Of a stretch of DNA of 64,000 nt, positions 43,918 through 54,145 are shown piece after piece (within the stretch, counting starts at the first letter, position 1; every line of letters begins with the position of its first letter). The position numbers were made by a program, and so were the translations under genes. The stretch is from Candidatus Moraniibacteriota bacterium (lineage in GTDB: Bacteria; Patescibacteriota; Minisyncoccia; Moranbacterales; UBA1568). The stretch spans positions 322,979-386,978 of the forward strand of contig CP064975.1 in assembly GCA_016699425.1 (NCBI GenBank). The letters run 5' to 3'. A model generated the notes under the pieces. That model ran no database searches. It was given only the letters and a program-made list of their open reading frames with translations, and was not told where the DNA came from.

Positions 43918-44889
43918 ATGCTCTCCAATCGCCCGATCATCGCGCTCATTCTCCTGTTTGCGGTTGCTCTTATCGGGTATTTCGGTTTTTCGTCGATCAT
44001 GGATGCGGTGCTTGTCGAGGGTGCGAGTGTCTTTGTCGCTCCGGCTGCGTGGTTTTTCATCATTCTCACCCTGTTCTCTGTCGGTGCGCTCGTCTGGCAC
44101 GAACGCATGTATCAAACTGCAGCCAGCATCGTCCTGGTCATATCGAGCTTTTTCTTCGCCCCGACGCTCGCGCACGCGGGAGTCAGTGTCGTCGCTGGGC
44201 TGTGCGTCTTCGCCGGGCTGCTCCATATCAGACGAGAGTTGACAGCGCGGATCCGGCTTTCGCTGTATCGGAGCGTCGCCGTGGGTGTAGCACCGATCAT
44301 TCTTGCGCTTTCGCTCGTCATTTCGAGCCAGTACTATACCCATGTCAGCACACTGTCCTGGGATCGGTTGGTCCCGAGCTTCGACTTGGCCGAAGGATCG
44401 GGGGCGTGGCTCTTGCGTCTTGCGGGTACGCTGTCGCCTTCTCTCGCGGCACTTCAAGATAGGAATCTTTCGGTGGATGAATTTCTCCGCGATCTCAAGC
44501 CGGCAGTTGAAGTCGGCGGACCAGAAGAAACCATCAGTAATGGAATCGGAGAGGCAGTCCGTCAAGCGGAAGTCATCCGATCGAAGCTGGAGCTCTCGCG
44601 TCTCTTGGGACGGAGCGTCAATGGGGACGAGAGTATGAACGCTCTCCTTTCGGAAGCCTTGCGGAAGAAAACTGTAGCCTTTGTATCGGGCGATGCGGTC
44701 GGGAACACGAAAGCCGTTCCGTTCCTCCCATTCTTCCTTGCTATCCTGCTCTTCTTCACGATTTATCCTATTCTGTCGCTTCTCATCCCGCTGGTCTTGT
44801 CGCTCGCGACTGTGATCTTTGCTACGCTCGTCAGAAGCGGCCTCATTGTCGTGAAGAAAGTACCCGCCGAGCAGGAAGTCATCGTCTGA
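43918..44889 (+). CDS. Polytopic membrane protein, unknown function
   Basis: Multiple TM helices at both ends with a soluble middle. Confidence 0.45.
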   Translation: MLSNRPIIALILLFAVALIGYFGFSSIMDAVLVEGASVFVAPAAWFFIILTLFSVGALVWHERMYQTAASIVLVISSFFFAPTLAHAGVSVVAGLCVFAGLLHIRRELTARIRLSLYRSVAVGVAPIILALSLVISSQYYTHVSTLSWDRLVPSFDLAEGSGAWLLRLAGTLSPSLAALQDRNLSVDEFLRDLKPAVEVGGPEETISNGIGEAVRQAEVIRSKLELSRLLGRSVNGDESMNALLSEALRKKTVAFVSGDAVGNTKAVPFLPFFLAILLFFTIYPILSLLIPLVLSLATVIFATLVRSGLIVVKKVPAEQEVIV

Positions 44890-44927
44890 GTACCTCAGGC
44901 GTTTATCGGTGGGGTTGACAAGGTGTC

Positions 44928-44954
44928 TTTAGCACTCGATAATGACGAGTGCTA
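44928..44954 (+). promoter_or_regulatory. CIRCE operator (TTAGCACTC-N9-GAGTGCTAA), HrcA binding site
   Basis: Exact match to the CIRCE consensus 10 nt upstream of the dnaJ ATG. TTGACA lies upstream and TATAGT right after. Confidence 0.8.
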
Positions 44955-44963
44955 ATATAGTGT

Positions 44964-46052
44964 ATGGCCAAAGACTACTACTCAATTTTGGGCGTCCCGA
45001 AAAGCGCCAGTCAAGACGACATAAAAAAAGCCTACCGCAAGCTCGCACATGCGCATCATCCGGACAAACAGGGTGGTGATGAGGCGAAGTTCAAGGGGAT
45101 CAATGAGGCGTACAGCATCCTCAGTGATCCTGAAAAGCGGCGGCAGTATGACCAGTTCGGTCAAACATTTTCGGGTGCCGGCCAATCCGGCCAGCCGGGG
45201 CAGGGCTTCGGCGGTTTTGACTTCTCAAATTTCGGCAATCAGGGTTTCAATTTCGGTGGGGCGAATATGGAGGATCTTTTCTCGGACCTCTTCACTGGAG
45301 GCGGCCAGCGCTCACGGACTCGGCGCGGTTCAGATATCCAAGTCGATGTCACGATTAGTTTCGAAGAGATGGTCCAGGGCGCCACGCGTACCGTTCGACT
45401 CCGGAAATACACGAGCTGCGACCAGTGTCATGGTACAGGCGGCGCGACCGGAGCAAAGGAAAGTCCTTGTCCGGATTGTCATGGCAAGGGATCGATCATG
45501 AAGACCGTCAATACGATACTCGGTGCCTTTGCGCAATCGATGCCTTGTGGCCGCTGCCACGCGAAAGGACATATCTTCAGCGAGCTCTGTAGCGTCTGCC
45601 ACGGAGAGGGTCGGGTACAGCAGGAAGTTTCACGCGATATCACGATCCCGGCAGGGATCGAAGACGGCCAGGCATTGTCGGTCGCAGGGGAGGGGGCAGC
45701 CGGTGAATACGGGGCGCCTGCGGGGGATTTGTACGTCGTCGTCCATGTCGCACCGCACCCGACGCTCAGTCGTCGGGGCGACGATATCGTCTCGGAGCAG
45801 CGTCTCCGTTTCGATCAATTTGCTTTGGGTGACAAAGTGCCCGTGGCAACAATCGAAGGCGAAGTGACGATGAAGATACCGGCGGGAACACAGCCCGGTG
45901 AAGTCTTTCGGATCCGGAGTAAAGGTATCCCCAAACTCGGCCGTTTCGGTCGGGGTGATCATCTCGTCAAGACGGTCATCGAAGTCCCGCGCCACCTCTC
46001 GAAAGAGGCGAGACAACGCATCGAAGCACTCCGTGATGCAAAACATCGCTAG
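44964..46052 (+). CDS. dnaJ: Chaperone DnaJ
   Basis: J domain (YYSILGV...HPDK), G/F-rich region, four CxxCxGxG zinc-finger repeats. Confidence 0.9.
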   Translation: MAKDYYSILGVPKSASQDDIKKAYRKLAHAHHPDKQGGDEAKFKGINEAYSILSDPEKRRQYDQFGQTFSGAGQSGQPGQGFGGFDFSNFGNQGFNFGGANMEDLFSDLFTGGGQRSRTRRGSDIQVDVTISFEEMVQGATRTVRLRKYTSCDQCHGTGGATGAKESPCPDCHGKGSIMKTVNTILGAFAQSMPCGRCHAKGHIFSELCSVCHGEGRVQQEVSRDITIPAGIEDGQALSVAGEGAAGEYGAPAGDLYVVVHVAPHPTLSRRGDDIVSEQRLRFDQFALGDKVPVATIEGEVTMKIPAGTQPGEVFRIRSKGIPKLGRFGRGDHLVKTVIEVPRHLSKEARQRIEALRDAKHR

Positions 46053-46063
46053 TCTGAGCGGTG

Positions 46064-46075
46064 AAGTGTGGGGTA
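46064..46075 (+). promoter_or_regulatory. Extended -10 element GGGTATACTGAAA upstream of the receiver gene
   Basis: Recurring TGGTATACTGA-type motif. Confidence 0.3.
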
Positions 46076-46113
46076 TACTGAAAAAACATATAATCCAATT
46101 TGTCTCTACCCGT

Positions 46114-46668
46114 ATGAGTGATGAAGAAACTCGGATCCTGCTCGTTGACGATGATGCGGAGACGCGCGATATTTACTCTCAATTTCTCCAAGAGACCGGT
46201 TTCATCGTCGATGAAGCAGAGAATGGCCTCGACGCGTTGCAGCGGATGGAGTCGGCAAAACCAGACCTCATTATGAGTGGTATCATCATGCCAAAGATGG
46301 ATGGGTTCACCTTGGTTCAGACGTTGAAGCAGAATATCGAGACGTCCAAGATCCCGATCGTTTTTCTGTCCCATCTCGGACGACAGGAAGATGAACATCG
46401 ATCCAAAGAACTTGGCGTGGATGATTTCATTGTTCGGGATACGACACCGCTCAAGGAAGTGGCGGTGCGAATTCGCGCGCTACTCTCGGCGGTGGAGTAC
46501 ATCGTCGCTCTCGACCCAGCGAGCTTCGATGCCAAGCGCTTTGCTGCAGATATGGGATTGCCGGAGAACTTTGTCAGCCCCGATGGCGTCAATGGTCGCT
46601 ACGTGCTGCGTTTGCGGATCACTGACGTGAGCCGCAAGCGTTTCAGTGGAGAAGTCATCAGTGCGTGA
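46114..46668 (+). CDS. Stand-alone response-regulator receiver protein with a ~65-aa C-terminal extension of unknown type
   Basis: ILLVDDDAETRD...PDLIMSGIIMPKMDG...IPIVFLSH CheY-like motifs. No HTH or other known output domain, and no histidine kinase in the window. Confidence 0.7.
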   Translation: MSDEETRILLVDDDAETRDIYSQFLQETGFIVDEAENGLDALQRMESAKPDLIMSGIIMPKMDGFTLVQTLKQNIETSKIPIVFLSHLGRQEDEHRSKELGVDDFIVRDTTPLKEVAVRIRALLSAVEYIVALDPASFDAKRFAADMGLPENFVSPDGVNGRYVLRLRITDVSRKRFSGEVISA

Positions 46669-48371
46669 GTATGAAACGGGCGTGGAAGGAAAAACCAGGT
46701 TTCATCCGCTTCACGGCCCCCGAGGGGCCGTCTTCTATCGCTCATCACTTGCTCCGCCAGCGCGGTGTCACGGAAACGGACTTGAAGCGATTCATTTCTC
46801 CGGACTATGACCGGGATCTCCACGATCCGTTCCTCTTTCGCGATATGGACAAAGTCGTCTCGCGATTGGATGAGGCTCGGACACGAGGTGAACGGGTTGG
46901 GGTGCTTGGTGACTTCGATGCGGATGGTGTGACTTCGTCGGTCATCATCCGGGAAGTACTCGGAGCGCTCGGTATCGAATCCGTCATCCATATCCCACAC
47001 AAGCAGAACGAAGGGCATGGCCTGAGTCGTATCGCCGTCGCTCGTTTTCATACGGCTGGCGTCCGGCTCATCCTCACGCTCGATTGCGGGATGATGAACC
47101 ACGAGGAGATTGCCGAAGCTCTGACGCTGGGGATGGAGACGATCGTCGTCGATCATCATCATGTGCCAGCGGTGCTCCCGCCGGCCTATGCGATCATCAA
47201 CCCGAAGTTGCCTGCGGACACCTATCCGTTTCGTGAGCTGTGCGGTGCCGGGACATCTTTCAAGGTAGCAACTGCGCTGTATCGCCGTCTGTTGCCTGAG
47301 CGAGTCGATGAGTTGAAGTGGCTGCTCGATATCACGGCTATCGGGACGGTCGCCGATGTCATGCCACTCATCGGGGAGAATCGGGTGCTCGTGAAGTATG
47401 GGCTGATCGTGCTCCAGAAGACCCGACGCCCAGGCCTGCGGGAGATGTATGCGGTCGGACGCATCCCCATCGATGACCAGCACGCACCGGATGCGCGGAT
47501 GATCGCGTTTCAGATCGCCCCGCGGATCAATGCAGCTTCCCGGATGGCACATGCCGAGACGGCCCATGAACTGCTCTTCACAGCGGATCAGGTGCAGGCC
47601 CGGATCCTCGCGCTCGAACTGGAGAGCTACAATGTGGCGCGTCAGAAAGTGAGCCAGACAGCGGCCGAAAGTGTCCGAGACATCGCAGACCGTCAATTTC
47701 GCGATGAGAAGTTTGTCGTGGCGATCGGCCCGCAGTTTCCGATCGGAGTCGTGGGTTTGGTCGCTGGCAAAGTCGCCCATGAGATCGGCAAGCCGACAGG
47801 TGTCTTCCAGCAAGGAGAAGTGACGAGTACGGGCTCATTCCGTAGCATCCCAGGCTTCAGCGTCATCGAAGCACTTGAAGCGTGTGCGGACCTCTTTGAA
47901 AAATTCGGCGGGCATGAACAGGCGGCGGGCCTCACTATCCGGAATGATCGGTTCGATGCGTTCCTCGAGCGGTTCGGTGCGATTGTCCGGGAGCGGCTGC
48001 AGGGAGTTGAAACCGTACCAGAGCTCCTGATCGATGCGGAACTACATCCAGGTGATCTTTCTCTCGGGCTCGTGAGGGAGATTCGGGATCTGTCACCGTT
48101 TGGTGAGGGGAATCCGGAGCCAGTCTTCCAACTCTCGGGGCTCGAGATCGAGCAGGCGCGGACGGTCGGCAAGGACGGCAAACACTGGAAGCTCACGCTC
48201 AGTCATCCAGCGCTCACACACTCGTTTGATGCGGTCGGGTGGTCCATGGTGTCGGCCTTTCCGGACCTGGGCCCGGGCAATCAACTCTCTATCGTCTGTC
48301 AGATCGAAGAGAATGCTTGGAACGGACGATCGACATTGCAGCTGAAATTACTCGATATCAAACCGCGGTAG
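46665..48371 (+). CDS. recJ: Single-stranded-DNA-specific exonuclease RecJ
   Basis: DHH motifs (GDFDADGVTS, DHH) and DHHA1 (GGHEQAAG). Confidence 0.85.
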   Translation: MSMKRAWKEKPGFIRFTAPEGPSSIAHHLLRQRGVTETDLKRFISPDYDRDLHDPFLFRDMDKVVSRLDEARTRGERVGVLGDFDADGVTSSVIIREVLGALGIESVIHIPHKQNEGHGLSRIAVARFHTAGVRLILTLDCGMMNHEEIAEALTLGMETIVVDHHHVPAVLPPAYAIINPKLPADTYPFRELCGAGTSFKVATALYRRLLPERVDELKWLLDITAIGTVADVMPLIGENRVLVKYGLIVLQKTRRPGLREMYAVGRIPIDDQHAPDARMIAFQIAPRINAASRMAHAETAHELLFTADQVQARILALELESYNVARQKVSQTAAESVRDIADRQFRDEKFVVAIGPQFPIGVVGLVAGKVAHEIGKPTGVFQQGEVTSTGSFRSIPGFSVIEALEACADLFEKFGGHEQAAGLTIRNDRFDAFLERFGAIVRERLQGVETVPELLIDAELHPGDLSLGLVREIRDLSPFGEGNPEPVFQLSGLEIEQARTVGKDGKHWKLTLSHPALTHSFDAVGWSMVSAFPDLGPGNQLSIVCQIEENAWNGRSTLQLKLLDIKPR

Positions 48372-48455
48372 GTCAGATTGACAGCGCTCCTTATTTTCGA
48401 TACTTTGCGGTCAGTTCTTCCGGGCTTCGGCCCCAACCGATCTGAGGAGTGCGTC

Positions 48456-49229
48456 ATGCAATTCCGCGTCATTAGCAGTGGCAACACAGTCTCCCTCTAT
48501 CCGCTTCCGCTGGACCCAAGGGTTCCGCCTCTTGTTCTTGGCGGTAGTCAAGGGCTGATAGCGCCGTTGTTTCCCGAATTTTCCGGGCAGCTGTTTGCAG
48601 TCACAGACTATGAGGAAGTCTCGTCTCGGCTGGGAAGCGGTGACGGCGGTCCAGAAAAGCGCCATGTCGTTGAATATGAGCGGCCGCCGCAACTCAAGCT
48701 GCTTCTGTTCGGTCGACTCGCGTCTGATTGGACCGGTGTACCGATCGTCGACCAAGTCTTCGTGTGGTTGGATGGCCAGCAGAGTGAACCGTTCACGTGG
48801 ATACCGCTGGATCAGCTGTTCCACAAGGTGGTCGAAAAATTGGGGGCGTTATCGTCAACGACGCTTAGTATTGGGACACCCTGTGCTTTAGAGGTGCTCG
48901 AGGCGACCGTTCGAAACGGAGGGCTCGATGATAGTCATGTAGGGGTTATCGAAGCAGTACTGAGACTCGGCGTGCAGCAAACCAAACTCTCGCAGTATGT
49001 GCCTCGTATCTTGGCACTCATCCCAGAAATCGTCGCGACGAGCGCTCGTCACCGTGAACAATTGGACGAGACAATGCGGAAGATGGCCGCGGAATTGGAC
49101 GCAGCAAAACAAAAATATGACGAAGATTTCGCGGCACTCATGTGCCAACGGACGCGGTCGGAGGCGCTACAGTTTCACTACGAACAGTGGCAAAAGGCAC
49201 AGCTGGCTGCCGAAGCAGACGCTCACTGA
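48456..49229 (+). CDS. Hypothetical protein
   Basis: ATG with GGAG 7 nt upstream. No motif recognised. Followed by an intrinsic terminator. Confidence 0.4.
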   Translation: MQFRVISSGNTVSLYPLPLDPRVPPLVLGGSQGLIAPLFPEFSGQLFAVTDYEEVSSRLGSGDGGPEKRHVVEYERPPQLKLLLFGRLASDWTGVPIVDQVFVWLDGQQSEPFTWIPLDQLFHKVVEKLGALSSTTLSIGTPCALEVLEATVRNGGLDDSHVGVIEAVLRLGVQQTKLSQYVPRILALIPEIVATSARHREQLDETMRKMAAELDAAKQKYDEDFAALMCQRTRSEALQFHYEQWQKAQLAAEADAH

Positions 49230-49260
49230 CAGCCGTGCCGCATCAGCCCTCGTTGAAGGC

Positions 49261-49296
49261 CCCCGACAGGAACATCTAGACGGGGCTTTTTCTTTT
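49261..49296 (+). terminator. Rho-independent terminator (CCCCG-15-CGGGG + CUUUUUCUUUU)
   Basis: Read from the sequence after the 48456-49229 gene. Confidence 0.5.
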
Positions 49297-49312
49297 GGTG
49301 CACCCTATCCTC

Positions 49313-49321
49313 TGGTATACT
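49313..49321 (+). promoter_or_regulatory. Extended -10 TGGTATACT. Predicts a leaderless rnhA mRNA
   Basis: The -10 element ends 7 nt before the rnhA ATG (49328) and there is no SD. Confidence 0.4.
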
Positions 49322-49327
49322 GAGCCT

Positions 49328-49756
49328 ATGCAAAAGATAATCGTGTATACGGACGGCGGCTCACGGGGGAATCCGGGACCGGCGGCTCTCGGTGTGTATC
49401 TCGAGACGCTGGGTAAGCGCTATGGCGAATTCCTCGGTGTCCGGACAAACAATGAAGCGGAATACGCGGCGATCGCATCCGCGCTGAAGAAGACGAGATC
49501 ACTTTTGGGAAAAGCGAAGGCGAAGACGGCGGAGATCGAGTGTCGGATGGATTCGCAACTGGCGTGCCGGCAGCTGAACCACGAGTACAAGATCGAGAAC
49601 GCGAAGCTTCAGCCGTACTTTCTCGAAGTTTGGAATCTGATGCTTGATTTTCATTCGGTCGCCTTCGTCCATGTGCCACGGGAAGAGAACACGATTGCCG
49701 ATGCCGAAGCGAACCTTGCGATGGATGAGGCGGCGGAGAAAAAAGGGATGTTCTAG
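49328..49756 (+). CDS. rnhA: Ribonuclease HI
   Basis: MQKIIVYTDGGSRGNPGPAA...NNEAEYAA RNase H fold motifs. Confidence 0.85.
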   Translation: MQKIIVYTDGGSRGNPGPAALGVYLETLGKRYGEFLGVRTNNEAEYAAIASALKKTRSLLGKAKAKTAEIECRMDSQLACRQLNHEYKIENAKLQPYFLEVWNLMLDFHSVAFVHVPREENTIADAEANLAMDEAAEKKGMF

Positions 49757-49792
49757 GGTATTTCGCTTTATATTTTGAAATGGGTGCATCAA

Positions 49793-50800
49793 ATGACTAT
49801 GTTTACCAAGAAACGAATTTTCCTCGCGCTCATCACTGTGCTCCTCGTCGGGGGAGGATATTATTATTTCAAAGTCCGCGATACGAGCATTCCCGTTCAG
49901 ACGGAAACCGTGAAGCAGGGAGATGTTTCTGAAACGGTGAGCGTCACGGGTGAGCTCATTCCAGAGGAATATGCGGATTTGGCCTTTCTTTCCGCTGGCA
50001 CGATTGACGCTCTGTATGTGAAAACCGGTGACTCGGTAGAGGCTGGGGATCGGATCGCTTCTATCGATCGCGATGTGCTGTATTCTCAGTTGAAAGATGC
50101 ACGCATCACGGCCCGGATTGCCGAACAAGCAGAGCAGCTCATCTTGCGGAAACGTCTCTCACCCGCACCGGAGGAGCGGATGGCCAAAAAGTTGGCATCC
50201 GAACAAGCGCGTGAGCGGGTCCGGACGCTGGAGCTTCAGATGAAAGAGAATGTGTTGACCGCGCCGATGAGCGGGAGTATTTCGAAGTTTGATGCTCGAG
50301 TGGGAGAGGTAGTGACACCGGGGCAGGTAATTGCTCGGGTCATCAAGCCGGAAGCATACGTCCTCGAATCGCGGGTACCGGAATCCGATATCGCTAAAAT
50401 TTCTTTAGGTATGAAGGCAGCGATCACATTTGATTCATTGTCTCCGGATGATATTTTCGAAGGCGAAGTGTTCCATATCGATCCGGCTGCGACGGTCGTG
50501 CAGGATGTGGTTTCCTACAAAGTTCAGTTTCGCTTGGCCCGAAGCGATGAGCATTTGAAAGAGGGGATGACGGGAAATATCGATATTCAAACGGCTATGC
50601 GGACGAATGTGCTCTGGGTGCCGTTTCGGGCGCTGACGAAGGAAGGAACGAAGACTTTTGCACAGGTGAAACAGGCGGATCAAACGTTTAAGAAAGTGGA
50701 AGTAACCACGGGACTTGAGGGTGATGACGGTACGATCGAGGTGAAGACCGGATTGAGGGAAGGGGACGAGGTGACCATCGGTGCCACCCAGACAAAGTAG
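49793..50800 (+). CDS. Efflux transporter periplasmic adaptor (HlyD/MacA family)
   Basis: N-terminal anchor, biotinyl/lipoyl-like hairpin and beta-barrel motifs. Start could be 49775, 49793 or 49799. Confidence 0.7.
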   Translation: MTMFTKKRIFLALITVLLVGGGYYYFKVRDTSIPVQTETVKQGDVSETVSVTGELIPEEYADLAFLSAGTIDALYVKTGDSVEAGDRIASIDRDVLYSQLKDARITARIAEQAEQLILRKRLSPAPEERMAKKLASEQARERVRTLELQMKENVLTAPMSGSISKFDARVGEVVTPGQVIARVIKPEAYVLESRVPESDIAKISLGMKAAITFDSLSPDDIFEGEVFHIDPAATVVQDVVSYKVQFRLARSDEHLKEGMTGNIDIQTAMRTNVLWVPFRALTKEGTKTFAQVKQADQTFKKVEVTTGLEGDDGTIEVKTGLREGDEVTIGATQTK

Positions 50801-50819
50801 CGATAAATTACTTCCTCAC

Positions 50820-51542
50820 ATGGCTCTGATACAAGTTCGCGGTTTGGAAAAGACCTATGAAAGTGATGGCGTTGCAACGCGCGCACTCATCGGGGCGAAT
50901 TTTGCAATCGAAAAAGGCGAGTTCCTCGCGATCATGGGACCATCAGGATCGGGCAAGTCGACCTTGATGCAGGTTTTGGGCTTGCTCGATCGGGCGACGG
51001 GTGGAGAGTATTTCCTGGATGGCAAAGATGTGACGAAGTTTTCCGATGATGAACTGGCGCGACTCAGGAATAAGAAGGTCGGGTTTATTTTCCAGGCGTT
51101 CAATCTGTTGCCCAAGACGACGGTTTCGGAAAATGTTGAGCTTCCGCTCCTGTACGATGATGCCGCTGACGCGTCGAATCACGTGCGGGTCGAGGCGGCG
51201 CTCGAAGCGGTCGATATGACTCGCCGAGCGAATTATCTTTCGAATCAGCTTTCCGGCGGGGAAAAGCAACGGGTTGCTATCGCCCGCGCTTTGGTAAACG
51301 ATCCGGACATTATATTTGCGGATGAGCCAACCGGAAATCTGGATTCCAAAGCTGGACTCCAGGTGATGGCTATCTTGCAGCGACTGAATGAAGGGGGGCG
51401 AACCATCATTCTGGTAACGCATGAGACCGCGACGGCAGAGCATGCGAAGCGCATCCTCCGAATGGTTGACGGGGAAATCATCGCGGATGAAGCGGTCGAG
51501 AAGCGGCGAATCGCGAACAGCGAAACCGAGCTGCTCAAATAG
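50820..51542 (+). CDS. ABC transporter ATP-binding protein (MacB/LolD type)
   Basis: Walker [10 protein letters not shown], signature [15 protein letters not shown], Walker [13 protein letters not shown]. Confidence 0.85.
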   Translation: MALIQVRGLEKTYESDGVATRALIGANFAIEKGEFLAIMGPSGSGKSTLMQVLGLLDRATGGEYFLDGKDVTKFSDDELARLRNKKVGFIFQAFNLLPKTTVSENVELPLLYDDAADASNHVRVEAALEAVDMTRRANYLSNQLSGGEKQRVAIARALVNDPDIIFADEPTGNLDSKAGLQVMAILQRLNEGGRTIILVTHETATAEHAKRILRMVDGEIIADEAVEKRRIANSETELLK

Positions 51543-51587
51543 TACCGGGTGGAAAGATGGATTTCGGTGGCCCGCAATGAAGAGTCT

Positions 51588-52829
51588 ATGAAGATATCAG
51601 ATCCGATAAAGATAACGTATCGATCGTTGACAGCCTCCAAGCTGCGCTTTTTTTTGACCGTGCTTGGAGTCGTGATCGGGGTTGCAGCGGTGATCATGGT
51701 GATGGCGATCGGGGCGAGCGCTCAGAGACTGGTGCTGTCTCAGATCGAGGGTGTCGGATCAAATCTCGTCGCCATCTTGCCTGGGGCGTCCGAAGAAAAA
51801 GGTCCACCCGCTTCAGCGCTCGGTATCGTAACTACGACCTTCAAGAACGAAGATCTGAAAGCACTTCGAGAGCGCCGGAACGTGCCGCATTTGTCAGCTG
51901 TATCTGGATATGTGAGTGGCTCGGCGACTATCGAGTCCGATACTGAATCTTTTGAAGCGAGTTTTCAAGGGGTTTCTCCGGAGATGATCGCCGTCGAGAA
52001 TATCAAGGTGGCCCAGGGGCGCTTTTTCTTTCCGGAAGAAGAAAACGATCTTTCGCGGGTAGTAGTTTTGGGAGCGACGCGAGCGACGGATCTCTTCCCT
52101 GGTCAGGATCCGATCGGTCAGGTTGTGACCATCAAGAAAAATCCTTTTAAGGTAATCGGCGTTTTGGAGGCGCGCGGCTCGGCAGCTTTTTCCAACCCCG
52201 ACGTGTTGGTGTACGTTCCTCTCGGGACCGCCCAGAAGATCTTGCTCGGAATCGATTATCTCAATTTCGGCCGCGGCAAAGTGGATGATCCGGCCAATAT
52301 CGAACGGACGCTTGTTGATATGACCCTTCTCCTGCGCAAGCGGCATCATCTGGAAGATAGCGAAGAGTCGGATTTTTCAGTGCGGAGCACCAAAGCGGCG
52401 ATTGGTATCCTGACAACCATCACTGACGTTCTGAAATATTTCTTGATCGCGATCGCCTCTATCTCGCTTCTGGTAGGCGGTATCGGAATCATGAATTCGA
52501 TGCTGATTTCGGTTTCGCAACGCATACGCGAGATCGGCTTGCGGAAAGCTGTGGGTGCCCGGCCGTCGCACATCATCACGCAGTTCCTCATCGAGTCCTC
52601 GGTGATCACTCTGGTGGGCGGCTGTATCGGCATCATATTTGGCATATGTATAGCATATGTCGCTGCACTCATCATTCCGCGCCTGGGGTATGAGTGGCAG
52701 TTCCTGGTCCCGCTTTCTTCCGTGGCTATCGGCTTTTCGGTTTCATTGGTTATCGGCATTACCTTCGGACTGTATCCTGCCTTCAAGGCGTCCAAGGTGA
52801 GTCCGATGGAAGCGCTTCGCTATGAATAA
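51588..52829 (+). CDS. ABC transporter permease (MacB/FtsX-like) 1
   Basis: MacB-type N-terminal TM, periplasmic domain, C-terminal FtsX 3-TM bundle ([25 protein letters not shown]). Confidence 0.8.
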   Translation: MKISDPIKITYRSLTASKLRFFLTVLGVVIGVAAVIMVMAIGASAQRLVLSQIEGVGSNLVAILPGASEEKGPPASALGIVTTTFKNEDLKALRERRNVPHLSAVSGYVSGSATIESDTESFEASFQGVSPEMIAVENIKVAQGRFFFPEEENDLSRVVVLGATRATDLFPGQDPIGQVVTIKKNPFKVIGVLEARGSAAFSNPDVLVYVPLGTAQKILLGIDYLNFGRGKVDDPANIERTLVDMTLLLRKRHHLEDSEESDFSVRSTKAAIGILTTITDVLKYFLIAIASISLLVGGIGIMNSMLISVSQRIREIGLRKAVGARPSHIITQFLIESSVITLVGGCIGIIFGICIAYVAALIIPRLGYEWQFLVPLSSVAIGFSVSLVIGITFGLYPAFKASKVSPMEALRYE

Positions 52830-54078
52830 AAGACGCTTCACCCCATTCCTTTTCGCTGTCCGCACCATCCGTACGCATCGAGCACGGACGGCTCTCGCCT
52901 TGCTCGGAGTAGTGATCGGCGTATTTGCCATTGTCGTCGTGACCGCGCTCGGTGACGGTGTGAAGGGGTACATACTGGGGCAGGTCGAAAGTTTCGGTTC
53001 GAATTTGATTCAAGTTGAAGTAAAAATTCCAAACACGACAGCGATGTCAAGTGAGAACTCGACGGGACGGGCGCAAGGGACGCAGATTACCACGCTGACC
53101 GTGAAGGATGGTGAAGCGATACAAAAAATTGCCAATGTCGGAGCAGTTTATGCGGGCACCATCGGTCAAGAACGAGCCACCTATGGTTCGGTCGGGAAAC
53201 GTATTTCTTTGTTTGGTACGGGCCCCGATGTCGCGCTCGTCGATCAGAATCTCAAGCTGGCCAGTGGGAGATTTTTTACAAAAGAGGAAGATGCAAGCCT
53301 CGCGCAGGTGGCTGTATTGGGGAGCGACACCAAGGACACGTTTTTTGGATCGAGTGATGCGGTGGGGCAGTATATCACTTTGAAGGGTGAAAAGTATCGG
53401 GTGATCGGGGTGCTTGAGTCACGCGGGGCTGTGGCATTCCTTAACTTCGATACCTTCACTTATGTACCGGTACAGACGTTGCAGAAAAAACTGCTCGGGG
53501 TGAATTATGTTCAGTTTGTCTCGGTCAAGATGGAAGACGCAGCTCGCGAAGCGGAGACGGTAGCCGATATTGTGGCACTCCTTCGGAAACGGCACGACAT
53601 CACCGATCCAGACCAAGACGATTTTTCAGTGACATCGACCAAGGAAACTCAAAAAACACTCGGGGACGTACTTGGCTCGCTGTCCATTCTCCTCCTCGCT
53701 CTGACGTCTATCTCGCTCGTGGTGGGCGGTGTTGGAATTATGAATGTCATGTACGTGTCTGTTTCGGAGCGGACATCGGAGATCGGTTTGCGGAAGGCGG
53801 TCGGTGCGACGTCAAAAAGCATCCTGCAGCAGTTCCTGTTTGAAGCGCTGATTATTACGCTTCTTGGCGGCATTATTGGCATCCTTTTAGGAATGTTGCT
53901 GACACTGGCACTCGGATCCCTTTTCACCTATTTTGGTTTTCCTTTGCCACTTTCATTTTCTCTTCAGTCGTTTCTCTTGGGAGTAGGGTTTTCGACGGGA
54001 GTCGGAGTCATCTTTGGGCTCGCGCCAGCCTACCGAGCCGCTTCGCTTACGCCAATGGAAGCACTTCGGCGAGATTAG
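52822..54078 (+). CDS. ABC transporter permease (MacB/FtsX-like) 2
   Basis: Paralogue of the preceding permease ([25 protein letters not shown]). ATGAATAA overlap with the upstream gene. Confidence 0.8.
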   Translation: MNKRRFTPFLFAVRTIRTHRARTALALLGVVIGVFAIVVVTALGDGVKGYILGQVESFGSNLIQVEVKIPNTTAMSSENSTGRAQGTQITTLTVKDGEAIQKIANVGAVYAGTIGQERATYGSVGKRISLFGTGPDVALVDQNLKLASGRFFTKEEDASLAQVAVLGSDTKDTFFGSSDAVGQYITLKGEKYRVIGVLESRGAVAFLNFDTFTYVPVQTLQKKLLGVNYVQFVSVKMEDAAREAETVADIVALLRKRHDITDPDQDDFSVTSTKETQKTLGDVLGSLSILLLALTSISLVVGGVGIMNVMYVSVSERTSEIGLRKAVGATSKSILQQFLFEALIITLLGGIIGILLGMLLTLALGSLFTYFGFPLPLSFSLQSFLLGVGFSTGVGVIFGLAPAYRAASLTPMEALRRD

Positions 54079-54145
54079 CCCGTTAGCCCTCTGTGAAATC
54101 AGTACGGCGAGTGCTACACTACCCAAAAACCCACCTCTCAAAAAA

